NCBI GenBank assembly: GCA_038150265.1
Contig: JAYOTF010000015.1
Span: 1-26,513 of the forward strand
From: Deltaproteobacteria bacterium
GTDB lineage: Bacteria > SAR324 > NAC60-12
Direction of reading: 5' to 3'
DNA: 26,513 nucleotides
Within the stretch, counting starts at the first letter, position 1; each line of letters begins with the position of its first letter. The notes below the pieces were generated by a model, which searched no databases, had not been told where the DNA came from, and saw nothing but the letters and a program-made list of their open reading frames with translations. Positions 8,806 through 16,944 of the stretch are shown here, one piece after another. A program made the position numbers and the translations under genes.

Positions 8806-9546
8806 ATGACTGAAGAGCACCCCCGATCCCCCCGCAAGCGATCCGATGTGGTCGCAGAGCAAATCAAGGATGACATCATCAGCAAACGCCTTCCCCCCGG
8901 AGAGCGCCTTGCCGATGAGAAGGACTTCCTCAAGACCTACCGGGTGAGCAAGGGAACGATGCGGGAAGCGCTCAAGGCGCTGGAGGTGCAGGGGCTGGTG
9001 AACATCCGGACCGGACCCGGCGGAGGGGCTTCCGTGTCGCGAGTGAGTCCTGAAAAGGCCAACGAGCTGCTGTGGAACTACTTCTTCTCGCGGAATGTTT
9101 CGGTCGAAGACATCTACGCCGTCCGCAAGGTGATTGAGCCGGAACTCGCTGCCAGCGTGGCCCAGCACCTGGAAGCCGAGGACCTCGCTCATTTGGAAGA
9201 ATGCGTGGGGCACTGCGCAATTGAGGGCTTTGAGGCGAGTGACCGTGCTCAGCGCATTCAGGAACTCGACTTCCACCTGGTCCTTGCAGACGCCTGCCCG
9301 AACCCGGTCCTTTCCTTTTTTGCCAAGTTCATCCTCAGCCTCCTCGCCCGCATCTTCATTCATGAGGAGCTCGACTCCGACCCGAGCATCAGTGAGCAGC
9401 ACCGCCAGCATGGGGTGGACTACCACCGGAACCTCCTGGAGGCCTTCCGAGACCGCGATCCGGAACGTGCCCGGCAGGTGATGATTGAGCACATGGAGTC
9501 GGCCGAAGCCTTCATGCTTCAGACCAGCAGCCCCACCTCCCACTGA
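8806..9546 (+). CDS. GntR/FadR family transcriptional regulator
   Basis: N-terminal winged HTH (PGERL..E....YRVSKGTMREALKALE.QGLV...GPGGG) and FCD domain (R..IEP, FH..LA..C.N, H..L..A....D). Confidence 0.92.
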   Translation: MTEEHPRSPRKRSDVVAEQIKDDIISKRLPPGERLADEKDFLKTYRVSKGTMREALKALEVQGLVNIRTGPGGGASVSRVSPEKANELLWNYFFSRNVSVEDIYAVRKVIEPELAASVAQHLEAEDLAHLEECVGHCAIEGFEASDRAQRIQELDFHLVLADACPNPVLSFFAKFILSLLARIFIHEELDSDPSISEQHRQHGVDYHRNLLEAFRDRDPERARQVMIEHMESAEAFMLQTSSPTSH

Positions 9547-9698
9547 CGTCCCGCCTGCGATTCCGGAAGGGGGCCGGGCCCGATTGAGGGGCTCCCGGCT
9601 TGCGAATTCGCCACAAAACTGCCAGAAAGTCTTGTCTTTACCACCATCTGAGCTATTTTGATTAGTTTGCAGATTCACCTCGGCTTGCAAAGGAAACC

Positions 9699-10451
9699 GT
9701 GAAAAACAAGCTGATTGCAGGAAATTGGAAGATGAACGGCTCGGCAGAGCTGGTTCTGGAAATGTGTTCCGCCCTGTCTTCGGAACTGAAGGACCTTCAG
9801 AGTGAAGTCCTGTTGTGTCCGCCCTTTACGCTGCTCCGGAAGCTCCGGGAAGCAGCAGAAGGCACCCCTGTCAAAGTAGGGGCCCAGAACGTCCACAGTC
9901 AGGTCAGTGGCGCCTACACCGGTGAGATCGCAGCCCCGATGCTGCAGGATGCGGGAGCCACCTACTGCCTGGTGGGACACTCGGAGCGCCGGAGCTACTT
10001 TGGCGAAACCGATGCCATTGTCCGGGACAAGGTGGCCGTGCTGCTGCAGCATGCCATTCAGCCAGTGGTGTGTGTGGGAGAGACGCTGGAGCAACGCGAG
10101 CAGGGCAGCCATGAAGCGACCGTCGCCCAGCAACTGCGGGGCGCCTTCTCCGAGATTGCCCCTGCGGACCAGCAACGCTGCGTCATTGCTTACGAGCCCG
10201 TGTGGGCCATTGGGACGGGACGAACCGCGACCCCGGAGCAAGCCAACGCCATGCACGCCTTCATCCGCGAGGAAATGGGACGCCTGGCCACCCCTGAGAT
10301 TGCTGCGGAACTGCGCCTCCTCTACGGCGGAAGCGTCAATGCCAGCAACGCGGACGAGCTGATGGCTCAGCCTGAAATTGACGGCGCCCTTGTGGGGGGA
10401 GCGAGCCTCAAGCCCGCCGACTTTTTGAAGATCATTCAAGCTGGTGGTTAA
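9699..10451 (+). CDS. tpiA: Triosephosphate isomerase
   Basis: AGNWKMN, GHSERR, AYEPVWAIGTG, LYGGSV, LVGGASL. GTG start after AAGGA. Confidence 0.98.
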   Translation: MKNKLIAGNWKMNGSAELVLEMCSALSSELKDLQSEVLLCPPFTLLRKLREAAEGTPVKVGAQNVHSQVSGAYTGEIAAPMLQDAGATYCLVGHSERRSYFGETDAIVRDKVAVLLQHAIQPVVCVGETLEQREQGSHEATVAQQLRGAFSEIAPADQQRCVIAYEPVWAIGTGRTATPEQANAMHAFIREEMGRLATPEIAAELRLLYGGSVNASNADELMAQPEIDGALVGGASLKPADFLKIIQAGG

Positions 10452-10485
10452 TCCCGCAATCCCTTCACCCTAACCCTCAGGTTTC

Positions 10486-10896
10486 ATGTTCAGTATCCTC
10501 TTGATCATCCACGTTGCCGCCTGTCTGATGATCATCTTCTTTGTGCTTCTTCAGTCCGGACGTGGTGCTGAGCTGGGAGCCGCATTCGGCAGCGCCGGTC
10601 AGGCCAACTCGGTCCGCAGCCAGATGACCGGTGTGGCCAAGATCACCACCGGCGTGGCCATTGTTTTCATGCTGACCTCCCTCTCGCTGGCCTACCTCTC
10701 TTCAGAAGCTGCCAAGGATTCGGTGGTGACCACCACCCAGGAGGTCCAGGTGATTCCGGGAACCGAGGCTCCCGTGGTTGAAACCCCCACCGAGCCGGCG
10801 ACCCAATCGGGAACGATTGAGCTGACCTCTGAAGCGGAGAAGCCGTCGGACCTGCTGCCGCAAAAAGAAGCCCCTCCTGTGCAATCCCAGCAGTAA
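10486..10896 (+). CDS. secG: Preprotein translocase subunit SecG
   Basis: VLLQ.G.GAELG.AFG, two TM helices, follows tpiA. Long acidic/Pro-rich tail. Confidence 0.93.
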   Translation: MFSILLIIHVAACLMIIFFVLLQSGRGAELGAAFGSAGQANSVRSQMTGVAKITTGVAIVFMLTSLSLAYLSSEAAKDSVVTTTQEVQVIPGTEAPVVETPTEPATQSGTIELTSEAEKPSDLLPQKEAPPVQSQQ

Positions 10897-10904
10897 CCGG
10901 GCGG

Positions 10905-11417
10905 ATGAAGACGCTTTACGTCCTCCGCCATGCCAAGTCCTCCTGGGGGCACCCCGAGGCCAGTGACTTTGAGCGAGAACTCAGTCCTCGCGGAGTGGAA
11001 GCGGCTCCCTGCATGGCGCAGGTGCTGGCGCTGCTTCACCCGGCTCCCGAGCTGCTGCTGACCTCTCCAGCCCGCCGGGCTCTGCAAACGGCTGAGCTGG
11101 TACGCGGCCACCTGAGCGCTCCGTTGGCTCAGCAGGAAGAAGCGGAGCTCTACCTGGCCTCTGAAGAAACCCACCTCCGGCACCTCAAGCAAACCTCCAG
11201 CCTCGTCCAGGGGCTGGTGCTGATTGCCCACAACCCCGGGCTGGAAGACCTCATTGAGACCCTTTGCTTTGGACGTCCGTATGGGCAGGTGGCTCTGAAG
11301 ACCGCAGGCCTCGCCGTGCTGGATCTTGATGTCACCGAGTGGTCCCAGGTCGGTCCCGGCACCGCAACGCTACGGGCGCTGCTGCCCTCTCGGCTGATGC
11401 AGGCGCTGCTGGCCTGA
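10905..11417 (+). CDS. sixA: Phosphohistidine phosphatase SixA-like (histidine phosphatase superfamily)
   Basis: LRHAKS.W....DF.R.L..RG, SPA.RA.QT, AHNP. Confidence 0.85.
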   Translation: MKTLYVLRHAKSSWGHPEASDFERELSPRGVEAAPCMAQVLALLHPAPELLLTSPARRALQTAELVRGHLSAPLAQQEEAELYLASEETHLRHLKQTSSLVQGLVLIAHNPGLEDLIETLCFGRPYGQVALKTAGLAVLDLDVTEWSQVGPGTATLRALLPSRLMQALLA

Positions 11418-11465
11418 TCCGGTTTTTCTTCCCTGTTTTCCCTTTCCCCATTGCCAAAAGTTTTC

Positions 11466-11918
11466 ATGCGTGACGCCAAGAATGATGTCCGGAGCGACTA
11501 CCCGCATTTTCTGGAGATCCCAACCCGCTGGATGGACAACGACGTGTATGGGCACGTCAACAATGTGGTGTACTACTCCTACTTTGACACGGTGGTGAAC
11601 GAGAACCTGCTCCGACGCCTGGGGCAGGACATCCGGCAGCTGGAAGCCATTGGGGTGGTGGTGGAGACCAGTTGTCGGTACTACCAGGAGCTGAGCTTTC
11701 CGGAGGTGATTGAGGCCGGGCTGCGGACGGTGAAGATTGGACGCACCAGCGTGGTTTATGAAATTGCCCTCTTCCGTCAAAACGACGAACACCCTGCTGC
11801 ATCCGGGCGCTTTGTGCATGTGTACGTGGACCAGGCCCACCGCCGTCCAGTGGAAATCCCGGCGGAGTTGCGGGCCATCATGAGCGACCTCTACGTGGAA
11901 GTCCCGGACGCCGCTTAA
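11466..11918 (+). CDS. Acyl-CoA thioesterase (4HBT/YbgC hot-dog family)
   Basis: RW.D.D.YGHVNN..YY.YFD motif, G.FVHVYVD. ATG at 11466 preferred over TTG at 11451. Confidence 0.9.
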   Translation: MRDAKNDVRSDYPHFLEIPTRWMDNDVYGHVNNVVYYSYFDTVVNENLLRRLGQDIRQLEAIGVVVETSCRYYQELSFPEVIEAGLRTVKIGRTSVVYEIALFRQNDEHPAASGRFVHVYVDQAHRRPVEIPAELRAIMSDLYVEVPDAA

Positions 11919-13417
11919 AGCAGCACCTGCCCAGTCTCCTTTTCGTCTGTGAGGCCGGCGGCCACCAGCGCGCCAGCGGTTTCTTCCAGCCGTCGAAAGT
12001 AAAGCTTCGGGTGCGGGGCCACCAGCGCCTCCCCCGTTTTTCCCTGCCGAATGCGTTCCTGCACCACGGGTCCAACCTCCAGCACCTCATAAACCGGCAA
12101 CCTTCCCGCATAACCGGTGCCCTGACAATGCGGGCACGCCTCTGGCTGGTGCCGGCTTGGCAGGCAGCGCTTCCGGACCAACCGCTGGGCGACCACAAGG
12201 AGCAGCGTCTCGGCAAGCAGGTCGTGACGGAGTCCCAGGTTTTCCAGCCGTTGCAGCGCGGTGACGGCATCGCTGCTGTGCAGTGTGGAGAGCACCAGGT
12301 GCCCCGTCAAGGCGGCCTTCACCGCAATGCCTGCCGTCTCTTCATCTCGAATTTCTCCCACCAGCAACACATCCGGATCCTGACGCAAGGCGGCCCGGAG
12401 CGCTTCAGCAAAACCGAGTCCGGACTCGGCATCAACAGAAACCTGCGTGATGCCGGGAATTTGATACTCCACCGGATTCTCAATGGTGAAGAGGTGCTTC
12501 TCTCGCGAATTGATGGACCGGAGCAGGGCATAAAGCGTGGTGGTCTTGCCGCTTCCGGTGGGGCCGACGAGGAGAATCAGACCGCTGGGAGCCTGCGCCG
12601 CCTGCCTGAGTACCGGGAGGTCGGTTTCGAGAAACCCGAGGGCGTCCAACCGATGCTGCACCGGAACCTGATCGAGCAGGCGCAGGACCAGCTTCTCTCC
12701 CTGAAGGCTGGGCATGCTGGACACTCGGACATCCACGAGGCGCCCGCTCTGCGAGGGGTGCACGAAGTGCCCGTCTTGAGGACGCCGCCGCACCGCAATG
12801 TCCATCCCGGAGAGGATCTTGACCCGAGAAGTCAGTGCCGCCTGCAGTCCGGGAGGCAGCAGGTGCTGATCCCGGAGGTGCCCGTCCACCCGCAGCCGAA
12901 GGGTTCCCCCTTCCGGACCGGGATCGAGGTGCAGGTCTGAGCTGCGCCACTCCAGGGCTTCCTCCAGCAGCTGTTCCAGGAGAGGACCTGCCTGGGCTTC
13001 CTGGTCTGCAGAAGGGTCCGGAAGGGAGGAGTTGTCGGTGTCTTGCCACCCCAGGTACCACTCCGGAGGCGTGGGCAGGCAGCAGGCCACCTGGTTCAGA
13101 CCATCCCAGTTGCTTTCGAGGGTCAGGACGCCAAGGGGAGCGGTTTCAGACTGGAGGAGGTGGATCCCGAAGTGCTGCCGGACGTACTCACGCAGCGCGG
13201 TGTGGGGAAAAGGGGGCGGAGCCGCCGGAGGCCGGAGCAGCGGCAGGCCGTAGCGCTGAGACGCATGCGCGAGGACGCTCCCTTCGTCCAGCAGGTTGAG
13301 GCGGACGAGTTCCCGGGCCAGGGCCCAATCCGGAAGCGCGTGCTCGGCCCGGAAGCGCTGAAGAAGCTCGGGGGCAAGGTCGCCGGCAGCAACAAGGTCG
13401 TCCAGCAACGAAGGCAT
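11915..13417 (-). CDS. GspE/PilB family secretion/pilus assembly ATPase
   Basis: SDLH..P, R.RVDG.L, PQDG, GEKLVLRLL, Walker A GPTGSGKTTT, LRQDPDVLLVGEIRD, TGHLVLSTLH, AQRLVR, C..C.GTGY.GR. Confidence 0.92.
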   Translation of the reverse strand: MPSLLDDLVAAGDLAPELLQRFRAEHALPDWALARELVRLNLLDEGSVLAHASQRYGLPLLRPPAAPPPFPHTALREYVRQHFGIHLLQSETAPLGVLTLESNWDGLNQVACCLPTPPEWYLGWQDTDNSSLPDPSADQEAQAGPLLEQLLEEALEWRSSDLHLDPGPEGGTLRLRVDGHLRDQHLLPPGLQAALTSRVKILSGMDIAVRRRPQDGHFVHPSQSGRLVDVRVSSMPSLQGEKLVLRLLDQVPVQHRLDALGFLETDLPVLRQAAQAPSGLILLVGPTGSGKTTTLYALLRSINSREKHLFTIENPVEYQIPGITQVSVDAESGLGFAEALRAALRQDPDVLLVGEIRDEETAGIAVKAALTGHLVLSTLHSSDAVTALQRLENLGLRHDLLAETLLLVVAQRLVRKRCLPSRHQPEACPHCQGTGYAGRLPVYEVLEVGPVVQERIRQGKTGEALVAPHPKLYFRRLEETAGALVAAGLTDEKETGQVLL

Positions 13418-13423
13418 AACGGG

Positions 13424-14509
13424 TCAGGGGGTGAAGTCCGGAGGCGGCTTGCGAACATTGTTCTTGAAGGCCGGTTCCGGAGGTGTTGCAGGCGGGGCTG
13501 AAGGAGGAGCAGGCGGGGGGGCCTCGTGGAGGCTCATGTCAGAAGACGGCAGGGGCGCGGCCTGGGTCCAGCGTTGCACCGAGTCCCGGACCAACTCCAG
13601 CTGCGCCATCAGGGCGTCTCGCTGTGTTTTCGAAAGGCGGTCCCAGCCCTTGGAGATGCCATCCAGGACTTCCCGGAGGTGCCGACGGTTTCCAGCGGTT
13701 CCTCCTTCAGGGAGGTGGGTGACGTTTGGACGCAAGCGGCTCATCCGGAGCTTCTGTTCGCGGCTCCGCAGCTCATTGTAATTCCAACGAAAGACGGAGG
13801 CAATGCGCCGGAGCAGCTCGTCATCCGGAGCCACTTCTCCAGCTTCCAGCAGCTCGTAGTAATCGGGGCTGATCTCGAGCAGCAGGGAAACCCCGTCGAT
13901 CGACTGCCCCAGCTCTTCGCGGGTTTGGCGGAGCAGGTCTCCGATTCCGGAAGAAGACGCGGCGGCAATTTCCGGAAGCTGCAGGGGCGCTGCTGGTGGC
14001 AGGCGTTCCCGGAGTTCTTCAAAGGAAAGGGGCTTCTGGGGTCCGGTAAAGACCATGGCGTTGTGCCGCCGGACGCGCTGGCGGACCTGGTGGAAGTTCC
14101 AGCGGTAGAGCGTGCAGAGGCGTTGCAGCAGCTCTTCCGGAACCGACCCACCGGCTTCAAAGTCTTCATACTGCTCCACCGGAATGCCCATCAGGGTGGC
14201 AATGCCGAGCGGAGGCTGCCCCGCGTTTTCTCGGGCGTCTCGGAGCATCTTGGCCAGGCTCCATTGTTCAGAGGAGGGCTCTTCGGTCCGCCGCCGGGCC
14301 GAGGGCGTGCGCTGCGCAAGTTGCTTGACCTCCTGATAGTTCCACTCGAAGAGGGCACAGAGGCGCTCCAGGACGTCTTCCGGAGGGATCCAGTCCTCTT
14401 CCAGCCGGGCGTAGTCTTCCGGATCCATCTGCATCAGCAACGCGAGCGCCTCAATGCTCTGGCCGATGTTGAGGCGGAAGTCACGGATCATTTCATTGAG
14501 TTTAGCCAT
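13424..14509 (-). CDS. Protein with three tandem XRE/Cro-like HTH repeats and Pro-rich tail
   Basis: Three ~60-aa repeats (aa ~4-63, 85-144, 189-249) of pattern L..hhR..R...GQ....hA.Lh.h....Y..hE....P..hL.Rh..ha.WNa. Ends 6 bp before the ATPase start. Confidence 0.8.
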   Translation of the reverse strand: MAKLNEMIRDFRLNIGQSIEALALLMQMDPEDYARLEEDWIPPEDVLERLCALFEWNYQEVKQLAQRTPSARRRTEEPSSEQWSLAKMLRDARENAGQPPLGIATLMGIPVEQYEDFEAGGSVPEELLQRLCTLYRWNFHQVRQRVRRHNAMVFTGPQKPLSFEELRERLPPAAPLQLPEIAAASSSGIGDLLRQTREELGQSIDGVSLLLEISPDYYELLEAGEVAPDDELLRRIASVFRWNYNELRSREQKLRMSRLRPNVTHLPEGGTAGNRRHLREVLDGISKGWDRLSKTQRDALMAQLELVRDSVQRWTQAAPLPSSDMSLHEAPPPAPPSAPPATPPEPAFKNNVRKPPPDFTP

Positions 14510-14599
14510 GGTTGGGCATGAGTCTTGGATTCAGAGCCTGTTGCCCCTTCGTTCCTGATGCAACAGGTGCTGGAGGGGAATCAACTGAGATGCAAAGTT

Positions 14600-15754
14600 A
14601 TGAGATTAAAGCGTTTTCTACAAACTCTCTTCGCCTTCGGGGGAGGGCTCTGCTGGGCAGTTTCTGCAGGGGCCGAAACCCGGAATGCCGGATTGGGACC
14701 GCTTGAAATCCGTCCGCAGTTTCCGTTGACCCAGGCGTATCTGGCGCTTTCTCCTGAAACCGCAGCGACCCTTCCGGAGGGGACGGTGCGTTATTCGTAC
14801 AGTCTCGCCGTCGCCAATACCTTTGTCAACACACAAGGCGGGGACGGCCAGATCACTCAGGAAACCGTGGACCAGGGCCTGACGACCGCCGACTTTCAGG
14901 ACGATCAGGGCAACGATGTGCCCGGGTTTGGGCTGTACCTTGACGTGGAGAGTCAGCGGCACACGCTGCAGTGGCGCCGGGGCATTGGCCCTGCGTCGGA
15001 GCTGGGCCTGGAGGTGCCGTTTGTCTCCTTCAGTGGAGGAAGCATGGACAGTACCATCGAAAGCGTTCATGACCTCATTGGCATCTCCAACGAAAAGAAC
15101 GAGGGCGCCTACCGAGCCTTTTCCGACCGCAACCAGTATGCTCATTACATCATCCGGGACGGAGCCTTCATCCAAAGCAACGAGGAGCCCCTCAACCTGG
15201 TCCGGGCGGAGCCGAGCGTTCACTGGAAGTGGATGCTGACGGAAGGTGGAGACGTGCTGCCGGCGATCAGCCTGAAGCTTGCCTACAAGGTGGGAGAAAC
15301 GGACCGTAGCGGTAACCTGGGGCTGGTCCGGAGCGGGGGAAACGACTGGGCGCATCAGTGGCTGTTTGCCAAGCGTTTTGACGGCTGGCTGGTGTACTTT
15401 GGCGATGGGCTGGTTCGACTTGGCGAAACGCAGGGCCTGGCGTCGTTCCTGAGCCACCGCTTCATGGCCATGGAGTACCGCTTCAATGATGGCTACTCCT
15501 TCCTCTTCCAGCAGGCCTCGCAGAGCAGCATCTTCTCGCAGACCGATGCCACGCTTCGGCTGGCCGACGGCTCTTCCACCGGCGGCGAGGAGCAGCGCAA
15601 TGCCAACCTGAGTGTGCCGAGCAGCGTCATCATGGTCGGACAGAAGGTGGTGTGGGGGCGGTTGCACTGGGATCTCGCCATTGTGCAGGACTACAGCAAC
15701 TTCGGAAATGAGGTGGACTTTGTGGTCTATTCGAAAGTGGGGTTGCAATGGTAA
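14600..15754 (+). CDS. DUF3187-like putative outer-membrane beta-barrel protein
   Basis: Signal peptide from ATG 14600, GPL.IR.Q.PL, LD.E, GG.MD..IE..H motifs, alternating beta-strands, C-terminal Trp. Confidence 0.65.
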   Translation: MRLKRFLQTLFAFGGGLCWAVSAGAETRNAGLGPLEIRPQFPLTQAYLALSPETAATLPEGTVRYSYSLAVANTFVNTQGGDGQITQETVDQGLTTADFQDDQGNDVPGFGLYLDVESQRHTLQWRRGIGPASELGLEVPFVSFSGGSMDSTIESVHDLIGISNEKNEGAYRAFSDRNQYAHYIIRDGAFIQSNEEPLNLVRAEPSVHWKWMLTEGGDVLPAISLKLAYKVGETDRSGNLGLVRSGGNDWAHQWLFAKRFDGWLVYFGDGLVRLGETQGLASFLSHRFMAMEYRFNDGYSFLFQQASQSSIFSQTDATLRLADGSSTGGEEQRNANLSVPSSVIMVGQKVVWGRLHWDLAIVQDYSNFGNEVDFVVYSKVGLQW

Positions 15755-16395
15755 GGAAGTGGTTGGTGAGCCTGGTGCTGATCCTGGGATCCATGAGCAG
15801 TGCGTGGGCGGTTGATGAAACCTTTGTGACGATCTCCTCGCAGTCCGGAACGCAGGACACGTCTGCCACCGCCCCCGTTCTGGGAGAAACCGAGGGCTAC
15901 ATTCAGGCTCTGGAAGCCTCCCAGGGCGCTCTGCAGTCGAGCCGGACGGTGGACCTTTCCGGGTTTTCTCTGGACTTCTACCGCGTTCATGGCGCGTCGG
16001 CCGTGGGCTTCGAGGTGAAGCTGCAGCGCTACGACACGGACTACCTGTTTGCAAACGGGTCCCGTGTCAGCCTCAGTGTTCAGCAGTTCCTCTATGGCGT
16101 GAACGCCTACCACCGGGGCGGGTGGTGGTTTCCGTTCATTGGAGCCGGGTCAGGGAGCGTCTATGGCAAGGTCAGCGAGTCCCTGACGATCAACGGCACG
16201 TCCTACTCAGCCACCACCTACGGGCAGGTCGCCAACCCGTACTTCTTCCAGGTTGGGGTCCGGTTCCCCTTTGGCCCCTTCGGACTGCTCCTGTCCCGGC
16301 AGTACCTCTCGGCCACCATGCAGGTTGAGACCGAGAAGCAGCCGCTGGAATTAGGCGGTGAAGCCACCATCCTGGGGGTGTCCCTCATGTTCTGA
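15748..16395 (+). CDS. Small outer-membrane beta-barrel protein (hypothetical)
   Basis: Signal peptide ending AWA, amphipathic strands (PFIGAG.G, QVGVRF), C-terminal Phe. Overlaps the previous stop. Confidence 0.7.
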   Translation: MVRKWLVSLVLILGSMSSAWAVDETFVTISSQSGTQDTSATAPVLGETEGYIQALEASQGALQSSRTVDLSGFSLDFYRVHGASAVGFEVKLQRYDTDYLFANGSRVSLSVQQFLYGVNAYHRGGWWFPFIGAGSGSVYGKVSESLTINGTSYSATTYGQVANPYFFQVGVRFPFGPFGLLLSRQYLSATMQVETEKQPLELGGEATILGVSLMF

Positions 16396-16403
16396 GCGCT
16401 GGC

Positions 16404-16739
16404 TCAGGCAACCCGGGTACCGTTTGCGACCTCCTCGGTCGGACGCAGCAGCACCACCCCGCTTTCCTCAGACATGGCTCCCAGCACCAGTACCTCTGAC
16501 TTGACCCCAGCGATCCGCAGGGGTGGAAAGTTGAGAACGGCAGCCACCTGCTTTCCCACCAGGTCCTCTGGAGTGTAGTTCCGGGTGATCTGTGCCGAGC
16601 TCGTTTTGATGCCGAATTCGCCAAAGTCGATGGTCAGGACAAAAGCCGGCTTGCGGGCCTTTGCGTTGGGCTGCACCTGCAAGATGGTGCCGATGTGCAT
16701 CTGGACCTTGTCGAAGTCAGAGTAGTCGATGGGTTCCAC
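16404..16739 (-). CDS. csaA: tRNA-binding OB-fold protein / export chaperone CsaA
   Basis: GTG at 16739 after AGGAG gives 111 aa: DF.KV....GTI....P.ARKPA....IDFG.FG.K.SSAQIT..Y....LVG.QV.AV.NFP...IAG..SEVLVLG. Confidence 0.9.
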   Translation of the reverse strand: MEPIDYSDFDKVQMHIGTILQVQPNAKARKPAFVLTIDFGEFGIKTSSAQITRNYTPEDLVGKQVAAVLNFPPLRIAGVKSEVLVLGAMSEESGVVLLRPTEEVANGTRVA

Positions 16740-16844
16740 GGAGGGCTCCTGTTGAGGTTCTTGACATTTGGAAGGCACCCCCTATGCTTTTTGAATCTTC
16801 CGGATCAGCTGCCGGAGCTGAATTCCCAACTGAATCAACCAGCC

Positions 16845-16939
16845 ATCTCCGATTCACTGGACCTAACGCCTCAGGCCACGGTTTCGTGAACGTGGGTTGC
16901 CCGGGAAACGGGGCAGCCTCCCGCGCTTGGAAAGGAGAT
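16845..16939 (+). ncRNA. Moco RNA motif (molybdenum/tungsten cofactor riboswitch candidate)
   Basis: Directly upstream of moaA. P1 ATCTCC/GGAGAT pairs over the RBS. P2 carries ACCTAA...GGT. P4 GGTTGCCC-GGGAAACG-GGGCAGCC has a GAAA loop. 3' CCTCCCG...GGAAAGGAG matches the conserved Moco pattern. Confidence 0.85.
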
Positions 16940-16944
16940 TTCCT

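Noticed and set aside
7990..9690. 566-aa antisense ORF (also 1392-2738, 5232-6806, 6394-7911, 14618-16054, 18726-20273, 25559-26431)
   Set aside because: These lie opposite well-supported genes and have no recognisable motifs. They are the shadow ORFs expected in GC-rich DNA.
10897..10904. tRNA-Leu commonly found after secG
   Set aside because: Only 8 bp separate secG and sixA. No tRNA is present.
11915..11918. Convergent stop overlaps (thioesterase/ATPase; yidC/DHH at 20549-20558)
   Set aside because: Common in compact genomes. No further signal.
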